Positions 37,746 through 52,147 of a DNA stretch of 64,000 nt are shown here, piece by piece. The notes below the pieces were generated by a model. The model worked only from the letters and a program-made list of their open reading frames with translations. It ran no database searches and was not told the DNA's origin. Every line of letters starts with the position of its first letter. The stretch's first letter is position 1. Where the stretch lies: positions 5,459,050-5,523,049 of the forward strand of contig MU058781.1 of assembly GCA_013265495.1 (NCBI GenBank). The letters are read 5' to 3'. This DNA comes from Vicugna vicugna (lineage: Eukaryota). Position numbers and translations under genes: made by a program.

Positions 37746-38570
37746 GAAAGCATCCTGATGAATACACTGGCCCCATGCTGTTAGGGATGGGTCAGGAGTC
37801 CTCTTAGAGAGTTGTATCCAACAGCAAACTCGCGGCAGGTGTCTGTTATGCTGTTGCCAAGGTACATTGTTTGTTCTGTCACAGAATTGTCTTCTGATTA
37901 CAAGTTGGCTTTTGCTACGTATGGAGCCACTTGTACCTAATTCAACCAGCAAATGCTAGAAACTCAAGCCAACAATGCCTTTAAAGCTGTCAAAACTTGT
38001 CTCAGTTTCTATTATGATAAATTTCCTTTTCCTCCTCTTTTTCTGGGCCCTTTCCTGCTGGATGCCGAACACTCTGTTTCCAGCTCCTTTGCTGAATTTC
38101 CTCTCAATGGGCTTTCTGATGACGTTCTGTTGTCTTCATTTTTCTAAAGCGTCATCTTTCTTTGGCATTTATTTTTATCTAAAAACTCCCTATTTTTCCT
38201 TTCCCTCTTGATTTTACTTAAAATCAAGGTGGTTCATTGAAAGTTTTAAGAATTCATGTGAATAAAACAATCTTTAAATCCTTTCTGCCTTTTTAAGGAA
38301 CCACTTTATTCGTCACCTTTGTTTTACTTTTGTTTCTCATACTTTTCTGTTGATTAAAGATGCTTATCATCTGGGTCACTGGAAGTCTGTTTATTCCTAT
38401 TGAACTTTTTCAGAGTCAACATCTTTGTCCTTTATTAACTCAGATTTGATGATTTCCTTATTAATCCAACAGAAAGGGCTCCTCCTCTATCCTTCCAGCT
38501 CTGCAATTGTAAGATAAAAAATTACCTGCCACCGGCATCTTGCAGGCAATGTGCCAAGCAGTCAATACAT

Positions 38571-38796
38571 CAAGCAGCCAATGTTTTTCATCAGAACTCA
38601 ACCTCTTTCATCTCTCTCCCTCTAAAATGCCGAGTGTAATGATTTGTTGCGTAGATGCTCAATCACTTGAATTTTTTTTTAGTCAAGCAGCCAATGTTTT
38701 TCATCAGAACTCAACCTCTTTCATCTCTCTCCCTCTAAAATGCCGAGTGTAATGATTTGTTGCGTAGATGCTCAATCACTTGAATTTTTTTTTAGT
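38571..38796. repeat. Perfect 113-bp tandem duplication
   Basis: Units 38571-38683 and 38684-38796 read identical by eye, including the T9 run. Confidence 0.95.
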
Positions 38797-39309
38797 ACAA
38801 TCAGATTGAATATTTATAGTCACTGCTAGATGACAAGCAGCACGCAGGAATTTTGGCTATTTTGGAAGGCATGGCAAAGGACCTCAACACTGGTAGCATC
38901 TTGAGATCCCGGTATTTATTTTCAAGCAACTCCGGACAGTCAAGAGCTGAATATTTATGATGTGAATTATCTAGTTCTAGTCCATTGTTTTGCCTTCTGC
39001 TTGCTGACACCTCTGGCACCTTTTATTCTAATATATAAAATATCTAGTATCTATCAATTAATTAATTAGTTAAGTGCCAGGAGTTTGGCCCTAAGAGTAA
39101 AGTTTTGAGGGTGTTGGGGGAATTGCAATATTCAGGATCTTAGCCTTCATAAGGAAGGAGGCAGGATGGGATTTGTATGAAGATTTTCAAAAAGTCTACC
39201 CAGTTGACTCTTATTTTTGACGGCAGTATGATCATATATAGCCTTCTCATATCTTACTTTTTGTTCCTTCTGTCACAAGTCCTCCGTTCTCACCTCTGAT
39301 GGCAGCCAG

Positions 39310-39590
39310 ATTTCATTTCATTCATTCATTCATTCATTCATTCAACAGTTACTTATTGTGATCACCTGGGGAGCCAAAACCTGTTCTGGGTGCTGAGCAT
39401 ATAACAGTGAACAAAGCAGACAGAACTCCTGCCCTCCTGGAGTTTACATTCCAGTGCGACAGACCCTGGAAAGTAATAAATCCATAAATTCAGGAAGCGC
39501 TCATTCTTTTTAGGTAGATAAGGCTAAGTAAGGAGCTGTTGAGAGATGACCTCTCTGAAGGGGTACTGTTTGAACTAAGGCCTAATTTTA
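39310..39590. mobile_element. L2 3' end with (TTCA)n
   Basis: (ttca)n then acagttacttattg...ctgttctgggtgctgag...cctgccctcctggagtttacattccagt. Confidence 0.75.
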
Positions 39591-42019
39591 AAAGAAGACT
39601 TCATATTTTGGGACATTCTCTAGATAGTTCCTTCTTTTGTTTTCTGTTAGAGGTATCTTGCAGCAAGGAATAGAAAGACTGAAGTCTAGTGATGTGACAT
39701 CAAGAAAGTCCCTTTACTTCTCTAGTCTCACTTTCCATGACAGCAAAATTAGGAGGCTGGATCATCAATAACAACACTTTGTTCCTACAAAACACACATA
39801 AGAAATCCCTGTAGCTATGATCTGACTTTTCCAACTGTTAACATCTTTTTTTTTTCATTATCAGAAATCTAAGTGGTCAATATTCTTTTTTTTTAATGAG
39901 TTGTCTATGGGCTTACTTTGTTTTGTAAGTTCTTTAAAGAGAAGTAGATACAATCCTAGCATTTTCACGAATTAGGGAACATGATTCAGACATTTTTGTT
40001 AAGAAGCATAGTTACTGGGGATGTATCTTCCATTGGGGTTTAGATTGTCAATACATTAAACCAGAGAGGTGTCTAAATCTCATCTATTTCGCTTTCTCTC
40101 TCCATTTCTTTTAAGGGATGAAAAGTTTGGGAAACTCAGGAGAGAAATAAGTAAAGAAATAAATATTGAGATCTCTTAAGGCAATTGTATCTAACCAGGA
40201 AAAGCAACCACTGAAATGTTTGTCAGTGCAAGGGGGGGAGGTAACCGTTTTGATATTTACAGAGCCCTAGTGCTCATTTCCCTCGGGGAACTTTATGGGC
40301 GTAAGTTGTCACTCCTCGCTGCAGTTAGGGCTGCCTGCTTAAAAGTCAGGTCTCATGATCTCCCGGGTAACAATTCACTTTCTTAAAACGGAAGACCCAG
40401 ACCCAAATGTAATCCTGTCTTCAGGCTTGAAGAGAAGCAAAATGCTATTTTAATCTAATCCATAAGTCAAAGCAGGAAAATCCTCTCCGGAGAGTGGGAG
40501 ATGTTCATGGTTCCATTGTACTTCCTGACTGTAAATGTGTGAAAGAAACCTTCAGGAGAAAATGTTCCCCAAAGTGGGCTTTTTAAATGTTAAACCAGTG
40601 CACTTTGGAAACCCAGATAAAGAGCTTTGTACTCCGAGCTATTTCTCCATTCCTTTTTCCTGAGCTAACCCTCCTGTGTAATAGTTTCTTTGGTGTGCTT
40701 TGTTCTGAAGAGATGTTTCATGCTGCTGCGCTGCCTTGTCTCAGTAATCAAAGGCACACTGAGTCAAACTTGGCCTTTGGAAAACAACCCAGATAATGAC
40801 TGCCTGTAATTATATAAATGTTTAAATAACAACAGATTTTTAATTTAATTTAATGGAAGTAAAACTGAGCACATCCTTACCCAATGCCTCTTCTTGTGAG
40901 TGGCCGCCAAGTCCTGTAGGTAACTCAGAACTTGGTAGCACTATCAGAAACATAGTGAGTGCTTTAAAAATATTCAACAGATGAATCAATGAATGAATGA
41001 GTGAGTGAATGCTTAAGAAATGTGCTTGGTCTGATCCTAGAACAACTTTTTCTTCCTTTTAGAAATTTGGCCTCTTAGTCATCATTTTTTGAAGTGTTTA
41101 TTTCAAAAGCATGTGAATATTGAAGAGTAATTAACAACAGAAAGTAATCAATAATATGTCTTTTTAAACGCTGCCCTGTCTTCCCAAATAAGCTCCTAAG
41201 ATATGGCTCTTCAGAAATGGATGGAAAAAAAGCTGCTGAGATGGGACTGTCTGATGGCTTTTCCCCTCGTAAACCGTCTTGGGTTCAGAGCCAGGCCACA
41301 ATTTTGGTGGCCTCATCCAGGCTCCCTGCAGACTTTCTTTACTTGTCTAACAAACCTGAAGTCACCAATCTTCAGGGTAAATTACCCTCATCCCCAGCCC
41401 TCAATATTCCCCAAGATTTTTCTCAGATTCAGTTAATTCTGTTTCTGAAAATGGGAAGCGTGCTTGGTCTTACCACTTGGGAAGCCACGTGTTTTAATAT
41501 ATTCTTTGTGTATCCTCCAGAAATACACTCTTCTGCAGTTGACCAGATCTTACTTTGAAGTGCTCCCTGGAGTTAGCCAAATAAATGGGAAAGTTTTATG
41601 TAAACTATGCAAGAATGTCAGCCAATGAATAACTGGATGATCCTAGCAGTGCTGGAACTTGCCTGACCCAGGGGAGAGGGCAGCTCTGAGAGAGGAGTTT
41701 TTAGGTCAAGGCCCCCGGGGTGCTGACCAAGAGGGCGGCAGGTATAGAAGAGGAGTGGAGGGAAGTGCTTAACCCCTGAGGTGTCTCTTTCTTGTGTTTA
41801 TTCATTTATTGACAACGTGGAGGACCCTTTAGCATTCCTGGAGAAACTGTGTGGGAAAGTGTGCAGTGGATGGGCATGTAGGAGTGTCCATTCTCCCAGA
41901 CACCCTCCCCTTTTCTCCTCCCTTCTCACTGATACAGAATCTACAGGCACAAAATCTACTGGAGATCTCTGCCACCAGCCACAAGCAGCTCCCCCAGAGG
42001 GCAAATGTGACCTCAGTAT

Positions 42020-45000
42020 TACTTTTTAAAAAAATAAACAACTATTATTTAACTTATGGGAAAAAATTTAACAAACAAAGGCACAGAAAATAATAAGCAA
42101 GCACCTTGTGCCCACCACCAGGAGCAAGCAGATGGAAATGTCTGGCTTATTCATTTTAGTTCTTTTCTCTTTTCCGTTGAGAAATAAGATTTTATAATGC
42201 TGAAGTTTTTCCTCAGTTTAAGTGTCCCCACAGCTCTTCTCATTGTGATTTCTTTTACAGCTTGCTTTGATTTTAATTATGAGCAATTCAAAAGTACAAC
42301 AAAAGAATAGAAAATAATCAGTGGATCTCTAAATACCCACCATCAAGATCATTTTGCTTTATTTGTTTTAAATCTTATTCTTTTTATTGCAGAAAACGTC
42401 AGTCATGTACAAAAGTAGGAAGAACAGTATAATGAGTCCATGTACCCATCAACTAGCTTCGATGATAATCAACTCATGGCCAATCTTGTTTTATCTATAA
42501 TATAGAGAATATAGATTCTATTCCTCGATTCACTTCCCTCCCCCATCATATTAGTTATCTAAAAATATTTCAATATGTATCTCTTAAAGACAAGACCTTA
42601 AAAAAATCTGTAATACCATTAGCATACTTAAATATAATGATAATTTACTAATATTAGCCGATATCCAGTCAGTGTTCAAACTTCCAAATGTCTTATAAAA
42701 ATTTTTTTTACAGTTTTTATGCTTGAATCAGAAATCAGATAAGGTCTACACATTGCCGTTGATTTGATACAACTTCTAAATCTCTTTTAATCTTTTAAGT
42801 GTCTCTTTCTCTATTCTCTCCTCCAATCCCTGTCTCTTGTAATTTATTTCTTAAGAAACTAGGTCATTCATTTTTCCTGTAGAATTTCGCACAATGTGGA
42901 TTTCTTTAAGCATCCCCGTTGTGTTGTTCAGTATGTTCTTGTGTCTTCTGTATTTCCTGTAATTTGCTTTTTGGGTCTAGAGGCTGCTTGAGGTTCTAGT
43001 TATTTCTGCGGGGCTAGACAACTTCATGGAGGCAGGGTGCTCCTCCAATAGCAGACAGATAATGTCTGCTTGTCGCTTTCTGTGACGCAAGCAGCCTTGC
43101 TGCTCATTGCCTAGATTCATTCACTCATCGAGTGCTGCAGGATCACTTATTTCAATTCTGTCATTCCTCACACTTATAGCAAGAATATTTCCATGCAGAG
43201 AAAATTCCCTGCATCTACTATTTTGACCATCAGTTGCACAGTTCCTTGGGAATGACTAGACTAGTGCTTAACCAGGTTACAAAATAAGATTATTTGTTTC
43301 CTTGTATCTTCCAGTGATGATTGGTTAGGTTCTTGTTTGTTTGTTACCATTATAAACTTATGGATTAAGAACATATTTGATGTGTTTCAATCCATTGCTG
43401 TTGTCATTTTTGATGGTTAAATTGTCCCATCTTTGGCCAGTGGGAGCCTCCTTTGGTTGGCTCCTGAATCATTTGAGGTGACTCTTTGATACCTGCCTTA
43501 CTGTCTGGTAGACAAGAAGCTTCCAGCGGCTCTTACGCATTTCCCGCCCCACACCAACAATCAGCGCACTCTTAAGTGGGAGATGCTATTGGAAACCTCA
43601 GTCTGGGAGCTCAGGTTGCTCACTGCCACTTGGTGGTCATTATTTCTAGGCTATTTTGGTGAACAAAGTTGGAACATATACTTACCTTAAGATGAAATGT
43701 ATCAGGAGTTTATGCATACTTCCAGTTCAGATTCCAGTCCAGTTCTTTGATCTTCATCTGGACCTCCTTCTTCCCTCATGGAGAATCTTGAATCTCAAAG
43801 CAGCAGAAATGCTAGAATTTGAAATATAGCATAATTACTCATTTGCTTTATCCCACAAAACACGCCCAACAGTTTCAGCATAATAATATCAACTCTATGC
43901 CCAACAATAGGGTTATTGAAAACAGTTCAAGAGAGTTTTGTTTGTATGTGTGCTTTGGAAGATCTCATTTTTTCTTAGAGTGTCTTCCGTCCAGGACACA
44001 TTGTCAAACTCTTGTATGTAAAATCACTAAGTAATTTTTACTGTGTGGTTTTTGCCACCATCCAGATACACATTCAGGTTCATTGTTTTCCTTTTATTTT
44101 CAGTTCTTAGGGATTATTACTTTCAATTTTAAATTGTTCAGCTAATTCCAGATTTTGTAATTATGTGTAAGATACTTACATCGTGCTGGAGTCAAACGAA
44201 CAAGACAATGTTTATTCAGAGAAATCTTGCTTCTACACCTTTACCCTTCTATAATAACATTGACATTTTTAATGTTTAGCCTTCCATTGTTTGTTTTTAA
44301 ATATGAACAGACTATGCATGTGTGTGCACATGTGTGCATTCGTGTGCTGTTTCTTAGCTGAACAGTGTTATACCCTTCATACTCCACTCTACTTGTTTTT
44401 TTTTTTTTTTAATCTACAAATATACCCTGGAGATCACTCCAAACTGGCATAGAGAGATGTTTCTCAATACTTCTTCAGCTGCATAGTACTCCGTTACGTG
44501 GGTGTACCCTGGTTTATTTAACTAGTTTCCCAACGATCGAGATTTGTTTCCAATCTTTACGTACTGAAAGTAGTCCAGTAATGACAAGCCTTGTACACGT
44601 ATCTTTATATGTTTTCCCAGAGATCTTCGGTGGGACTCTCTGAGGTTGCTGTGTCAAAGAGTAAATGCACATGTCATTTTGCAAGATGTTGCCAAGTTCC
44701 CCTCTATCGGGGCTGTACCATTTTGCATCCCCATCAGCAAGGTATAAGGATGCTTGTTTTTCCACAGCTTTACCAATATAGAAAACTGTCGAGCTTTTAG
44801 ATTTTTGCCAGTGTTTTAGAGGGAAATCGTCCCCAGTGGGATTTTGATGTGCATTTCTATTTGAATGAGTTTGGGCAATATTTCATAAGATTAAAAGCTT
44901 ATTTCATAAGATTAAAAGCTTATTTCATTTCTTTGTCAGCAAACTCTATTTCTCGAGTACTTTCGTTTATAGCGGTGCTGTCCAATATAATTACAGGGCT

Positions 45001-47290
45001 GGAAGCATTCTATACCTGCACTGTGTGCTATAGTAGTCACTAATCACGTGTGTTGCTGAATATTTGAAATGTGGCAGGTGTAACTGAGGAACTAAAGTTT
45101 TTATTGTATTTAATTTTAATTAATTTAAATTTAAATAATCATATGTGCCTAGTGGCAGCTGTTTTAGACAGCACAGGTACATTGGGTTTTTAATCTAGTC
45201 TTTCTTTTTAGAAGTTCCTTGTATATTAGAGGTATTAGTTCCAAGAGAAAGAACGGTAGCCCCTGATGTTGGAGAAGGGGGCTGCCACAGCCAGACCTCA
45301 GTGCTGCCCGGAGTTTGCCTGGTACTGACAGCTGGACCCGGTGTCCCCCTGTTGGATATAAACAACCTCCTAGAGCACCAGCATTAGACAATGCCACTGT
45401 GCAACTGTGACAGACAAAGCAAAGCAACACAAAACAAAACACCATTTGAGAATCTTGTCTAAATACAGACAAAAACAAGGTTACTATGTAAGCCACAAAA
45501 AAACAAAACAAAAAACAAAAAGCCGCACACATCTTCCTATATTGGCTCACATGGGTGACTGCTGCTTCTCAACCAATTATTGTTTTAGCTTTGATTCATT
45601 TCTCCCGCCCTAGAGATGAGGTTTATTAATATATTTAATGTAAATTTGCTTTTTTTTTTCCAATCCAGAGCAAAGCTCCAGTTCCTAGAACACTCTCCAA
45701 AGTTGCCTAACCAAAGCCCCATAGTGTATAGTCTCCTTTGTTACAAGGTGCTTTAATCCTAACGTGTTCATCCACAGGTGTATGTGTGGTGGTGCTTGGC
45801 TGGAGGGCATTGACAATACTTTGTGATTTCAGTTGCTATATGTTCCCCAGTTTGTCATTTTCCATTTTACTCTACTAAAGGCATCTTTTTTTCTATGCAA
45901 GTCTGTATTTTTAAGAAATAAAAAATAATTTTAATTGCTCCAGATTCCAAATCATAGCAAAGGAAAATTTTCCCATCCCCAGGCTATAAAGGAATTTATT
46001 CATATTTGCTTCTAGTATCTGTACAGTTTCATTTTTTACATTCAGATCTTTGTTCATTTGGACTATATCTAGGTATATGGTGTGAAAAAGGTGTAAGCTT
46101 TTCTATATGGTCATTCAATTATCCCAGAGCCACCAATAAAAATCCAACTTTTCTTCTCTGATTTGAGATGCCACCTTTGTTGCATCCTACATTTATGTAT
46201 GTAATTAGGTCTATTTCTGTATTTTCCATCGCAATATCACACTGTTTTAATATAGAGGCTTCATAATATGTTGCTTTTGGAAAGTCTAGCCCCCATCCCT
46301 GTTCTGCATTTTGGGGTTTTCCTACTATTCTTGTTTTTTTTTTTTCCTTCTAGATGAATTTATAATTGAGTTTTCCTGTTCTATAGAAAAGCCCTAATGT
46401 AACTTTATTGGGATACATTAAATTTATAAACTAACTTGGTGAGAGCTAGCATGTTTATGCCATCGAGTCTTCCTGCCCAGGACTATGGTGTGCCTTTACA
46501 CTTGCTCACATCTTTTTTTGTATCTTCAGCAGTGTTATCAAGTTGACCTCATATAAGTTCTGAGTGTTTAAGTTCATGCCTGGGGTTGTTTTTTTGTTTT
46601 TGTTCTTTTATTGTCAAAAACAGTGTCTTCTCTCCTATTATATCTTATATTTGATTTTAAGTAGTATATGAGAAAGATACTGGTTTGGGTTTGTTTTTTT
46701 TGGAGGATATTGGTTCTTATATGTTAATTTTGTACTCAGAAACTATTAAATTTTTCTCGTTAAGGTAGTTTTCACTGGTTCTTTGGAATTTGCTTGTTTG
46801 TAAAATCGTGTCACTTGCAGAGAGTTTTACCACTTCCTTTTCAATTTTTATCCTTCTAATTGCTTTTTCTTGCCTAATTGTTTTGGCTAGTACCTCTATG
46901 CCAGGGTAAAATTGTAGTAAAGATAATGTGCATCCTTGAATTGTTCTTTATGTTATTGAAAAGTTTTTAGTGTTACCACAGTAACTTAAGTTTGGTTTTC
47001 AATTGTAGAATCCAAGGAGTCATCAATTTCTATTCTCTTGAATACTTTCAACATGAGTGAAAGTTAACATTATAAAATGCCTTATCTACCTCTGTGGAGA
47101 TGAGTATATGATCTTTCTCTTTAGTTCTCTCTCTTAATATAAAGGATTATATTGTTGAATTTTCTGATAATGAATCACCCTTATGCTTTCTCAGAATAAA
47201 TCCCACTTGTTTGTTATATGTTATTTTTAATAAGCTGCTATATTATGTGTTTTAATATTTTATTTAAGATTTTTGCTATGGTATTCATGT
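42020..47290 (-). mobile_element. Mosaic of ancient L1 (L1M-type) fragments with nested insertions
   Basis: T-rich inverted L1 motifs throughout (gatgttgccaagttcc, catttctatttgaatgag, catccttgaattgttc, aataaatcccacttg); internal boundaries not resolved. Confidence 0.6.
44971..45176. mobile_element. MER3-like hAT-Charlie MITE
   Basis: Inverted termini gtgctgtccaata...ttttagacagcacag; internal tgaaatgtggc..gtgtaactgaggaact and tttaattaatttaaatttaaata. Confidence 0.75.
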
Positions 47291-47294
47291 GCTA

Positions 47295-47360
47295 TTAGCC
47301 AAGAAATGGAAATAACCTAGGTGTCCTTCAGTGGATGAATGGATAAAGAAGATATGGTGT

Positions 47361-47405
<45 letters not shown>

Positions 47406-47930
47406 AATATTACTCAGCCACAAAAAAGAAGGAAATCCTGCCATTTGCAACAACATGGATGGACCTTGAGAGCAATATGCTATGTGAACTAAGCCAGACA
47501 GAGAAAGGCAAAATAAATGTCATCTCTTATATGTGGAATCTTAAAAAAACAAACTCATTGAAACAGAGAACAGATTGGTGGTTTCCACAGCTAGGGCATT
47601 GGGTGGGAGAAATGGATGAAGGTAAAGGTACAAACTTCCAGTTACAAGAGAAATAAGTTCTGGGGATGTAATGTACAGCATGGTGACTACAGTTAATAAA
47701 GCTGTGTTGTATATTTGAAAGGTGCTGAGAAAGTAGATCTTATCACAAGAAATGAAAGTTCTTATCACAAGGAATGAAAATGGGCAACTATGTGAGGTGG
47801 TGGATGTTAACTAAACTTACTGTGATAATCATTTTGCAATATACACACATATCAAATCATTGTGAGGTATATCTTAGAAGCTAATACAAAGTTATATATC
47901 CATTATAATCCAGTAAAACTGGGGAAAATG
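47295..47930 (+). mobile_element. L1 3' end (L1MA/MB-type)
   Basis: ggaatattactcagccacaaaaaagaaggaaatcctgccatttgcaacaacatggatggacc...gtgataatcattttgcaatatacac. Confidence 0.88.
47363..47403. repeat. (CA)n microsatellite, ~20 units
   Basis: Uninterrupted AC run inside the L1. Confidence 0.95.
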
Positions 47931-50900
47931 TAGAATTATATACTTGAATTTCCTATCTGTTTTTTCAGACTACTCACTAGTGTCAGCTCAAGGAGCAGTT
48001 TGCTTTTTCATTTAGAGGTATATTTAGGCTTGTTTTGGTGAAGAAGTGTGGTGGATGAAGTGAAATGGGAAAGTGGTTTAGAAGAAAACCGAAATGCAGA
48101 ATCAGAGTCCCGGGGGGACAGACTACCTTCCTTTCACGAGCATTTGCTGGTCTTCAGCCCTCTTTTCTTTTCCCTGATCCTTATCTGTCTCTCCTTTCTT
48201 TTTTGTTCTGGCGACTTGGCAGGTCAAACTTGCAAAGTAAACAGAAACACCACCACCTCGAGGCCTTTCGAGCTCCCAGTCATGAGGATGGAAGAGGCTG
48301 CTTTCTTGTCAGTCTGTGGTGGCTCCATGTCCTGACACACTTTTCGGGTTCCTGTTTATCTTGGCTCTGGTTTTCCACAGCCTGTCCCAGAAAACATCTC
48401 GGCTCAGTCCTCAACCCTGGTGTCTGCGTCAGTGTCTCCTGGAGTCTGGGCCTTCATTGCCCTGTTACTCTGCTTGCCCAGCATAGAGATAAAGCTGTCT
48501 TGTTCTTTGTAAGCAGCCTGGAGTCACCACCACCCAGAAGATGTAACTGAATCTTCCTCAAGCTGTCCATAAGGAGGGACCCGGCCCAATTCCTCAGACA
48601 CATGTCAAAGACATGAAAGGTGTTTTTACTGTGTTCTAGAAAATCATTTAAGGGTATGGTGCTCGTTCAGGAAACCTGTGACAAAATCCATTGCAAAAGA
48701 GTTCATTCTTTCAACCAGGGAGCAAAACTATCCTGAGTTTTGTGACATATCAGAGTACACGGGTCAAAAGACACAAACATCACCCGGGCTTAGATGGCGT
48801 CAACGGCGGCTGTCGTCCAGACAGCTGCAGGGCCCGGGGCGCGCCGGCTGCCCGGTGCAGCTGTAGATTTCAGTCCACTGGGTATCTTGACTTTGGCGTA
48901 GAGTGTCCTTACTGCAGTTTAATTCCCATTCCTTTGCATTCAGATTCCATTCAGTTCTTTTTTTAATCATATTTTCTGTGAGTAGAATGAAAAAGGACCA
49001 GTTGTGGTTTGATTCTGGTACAAGATTGGGAGTTTGTTTGGATTAAAAATGGTTTTAAAAGGGGGACATTCTTAGTCTTTTGGGGATACTATGCAATGCC
49101 TTTTCGAAAGAGCAGCTCTGGTATTCAAATGATCACAGCATGAGAGAACAGGGTTTTGCCTTTAGCATTTTATTATGGAATATTTCAATAGTATATAAAA
49201 ATAGAGACAATTGTATGTAAAGTGAACCCCCAGCCTCAGCAAATATCCCCTTAAGGCCAATCTCATTGACATATACTCCCAGACGCTCCCTGAACACCTT
49301 CCCTCTGCCTGCCCCTTTATTCTGAAACAAATCCAAGACTTCAATCGCATCTAGAAAGATCTGCATCTCTGAAAGAGTAGGACTCTTTAAAAACATAACC
49401 ACTATTGTTATCACATCTCACAGATGGACAGTAATTCCTTAATACATTCAAATATCCAGTGTTCAGATTTGCCCATTGCCTCAAATATTTTTTGTATTTT
49501 TTACTCATTTATTTTCATATTTTGTTTTAATCTGGATCAGAATAAGATCCATACATTGCAATTGTTTGACATATCTCTTAAGTCTCTTTGATTTATAAAA
49601 TTCTCTCTTCCTACCTCTTGTTGTGGGCGGGCCAGGGACACGGGTTGGTAAAGAATTACCAGAGGCCGAGAAGAGTTTAGCAAAGTTTAACAGGGATGCT
49701 GCTATGGGCAACAGCTGGCCACACAGGCGAGAGGTGCCTGCGTGAGCGCTGAGGGTGGGCGTGCAGGGTCTGTCACTGGGGGGAGGGGCTGTGCACACAA
49801 GGAGTGGGGGCTGCATATTCAGTTTGTGCACAGGTACCTGATTGGTTGTAAAATCTTTCAGGACTTCTCTGAACAACAGGTTTTACGACTTTGATAAGAG
49901 CAGGGTGTGAGGCCTAGGGTATTGTGAGCCAGGCTCTCTCCTGGGGCAATGAGCCTGCCAGGGTAAACACACATCCAGAGACGTTTTTATCCTGCAGAAA
50001 TGCAGCTATGCGGAGGGTCCTGCAGGGAGGAGTGGGGGTTAAGGTGTCAATGGCTCCAGGCACACAGGGGGCACAGGAGTGGGGGTTTTATGACTCCAGA
50101 GTGCGAGCGGAGCTCCACACCTCTCTTGCATTGCACAACTTTTTCTAAGAGAAACCCGGTCGTTTCTTCACTGTCTGGGCAAGCTGGAATTTTCCCACAG
50201 TCTAGATTTTACTGTCTATATCCTCTTGACATCACTGAACATGTTACTCCATCCCCTCATAATGGACACACAAATCTTTTGTTCGTTTTTTTTTTCTTTT
50301 TTAACTTGGATGCAGTGAAGTAAAGCTTTTGAGCTGAAACTCAAGGACAACAGATTACACAGACTATGTTCTCCTTTTTATGAAAAGGTGACTGTCCTTG
50401 ATGTTGGGAGCTGTTTCCCTTCTTTCCCACAGACCCCACCGGTCCAGCAGGTCACCCCCTAATTTGTCTGGAGGGTTGAAAAGATAGCAACAAATCCCAG
50501 AATACAAGCAGAACCGCCTATGTATTTTCCAGAGTTTTAAATAGAAGCACCGAGGTCCTGAGTTTCATGCAATCAGCATTTGTCTACACAAAGCATCCTC
50601 TTCTTTACAGCAGCATCTGGTTTTTTAAAATAACCTAATTTTACTCACTTACCCCACCCTACTCCTGCTTGCCATCCGTCCAGCCACAAGTTAAAAAAAA
50701 AAAGTCTGTTTAGATTACTTCCCACAAGCTTAACACAAACAACCTGCAATGTTGATTCTAAAACAGCACAGCAGGCTCCTTGCCAACTCCAGGCCCCTCT
50801 CTCCTTTCCCTTCCTATCCCATCGGCCCCTCAGTCCCCAGATGGTTTCAAGAAAAAGCAAAGGACCAGCATTGTTGAGAAGGAAATGCTGAGCTGGTTCC

Positions 50901-51574
50901 CAACTTGCGAGTTGATTCAGATCCCTGGTCCACACTCCCCGACCTGATAGAGAGGTGACCTCGAAAAATTAAGACTGTTGTCCACACACCCTAAGTTTCC
51001 TCTCCCATTATGGACCGATTATCAGTTCAGTTCTCTCAAATTCTAGGGAGTTAATCTTTTCTTCCTTCTTAAGCAAGGTCAGGTCTGGCCACGAAGAGCC
51101 CACAGAAAGGGCTGGAAGAGGTTTTCTAGAACACTCCGCAGAGCCTTTCGTGATGCCTGCTGCAAAGCAGGCTTAACTACAGTCTCTCCAAGGAGCCCCT
51201 CCTGGGGGCCTCTGTGCCCCATGGGGGACTTTGCTCGTACTCCCCACCTTCGTCAGCACCCAGCACCTCCTCTATCCCCACCTGGCTGCACTTGGGTTAC
51301 AGATTCCTGGTTAGTCAAAGGAAAACAGTAGCAGGTCAAGGAACCTGCCCTCATGATGTTACTTCTAAAACAAAGGGCATCTCTTGAATTAGAATGGGAG
51401 AGAAATGGAAAGAGATGCTTGGGTTTCTACTAAGATCTGCTGTTTCAGGGGAGTTGGGTGAATGAGGAGTGTGACCCCCCAGCCCAGCCTGCTGTGGTGC
51501 TGGGGATTCCACAACCTTTGTGGTCAAAGCCTTGGCTCTAGGAGAAACGTGAACACCTCAGACAGTACAGTGGT

Positions 51575-51930
51575 GAGTGGTGTATGTGCTCTGGAATCTT
51601 AGAAACCTGGAATTAAATTCTACCTCTGCCATTTATGACCTTTCCTACTTTGGGCAACTTTACCTCTCAAAGCGTCAGGTTTCTCATCAGGAAAAAAACC
51701 AGAAAAAATTGAAAAGCAGGAAATTGAAATATAGACTTCATGGTGTGCCTCTAAAACATTCAATTCTCCATCCAACAGTATGAAATTGGATTGTTGTAAG
51801 AACCCTGTTTTTCAGCCAAGGAATCTAATGTCCATGAGTAACTTGCCTGAGGTCAGTAGGTTAGTAAGGCTGCTCAGCGAGGAATCCAGCTCAGTCTGCC
51901 CGCTCCAAAGTCCACCTTCTTGTAGTTGTC
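51575..51930. mobile_element. MIR fragments
   Basis: ttgggcaactttacctctc...tttctcatc and gagtaacttgcctgaggtca MIR core motifs. Confidence 0.55.
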
Positions 51931-52147
51931 ACACTCTGCTTTGCTGTGACAACAAATGAACAGCATACCGAAGTTCTTCGCAGGCGCTTAGTAAACGTTC
52001 ATTTCTCTGAATCCTCCCTTCCTTCTTCAAAACTTGTATGCAGCTCATCATTTTTAGTGACTGGTCCCCATCATAATTTCAGGGCCAGAGGTTCCAAGAA
52101 CTTCTGTCTTTTCCCAGAGGAAAAGAAGGTCCAGGCCAGTTTCTGAA

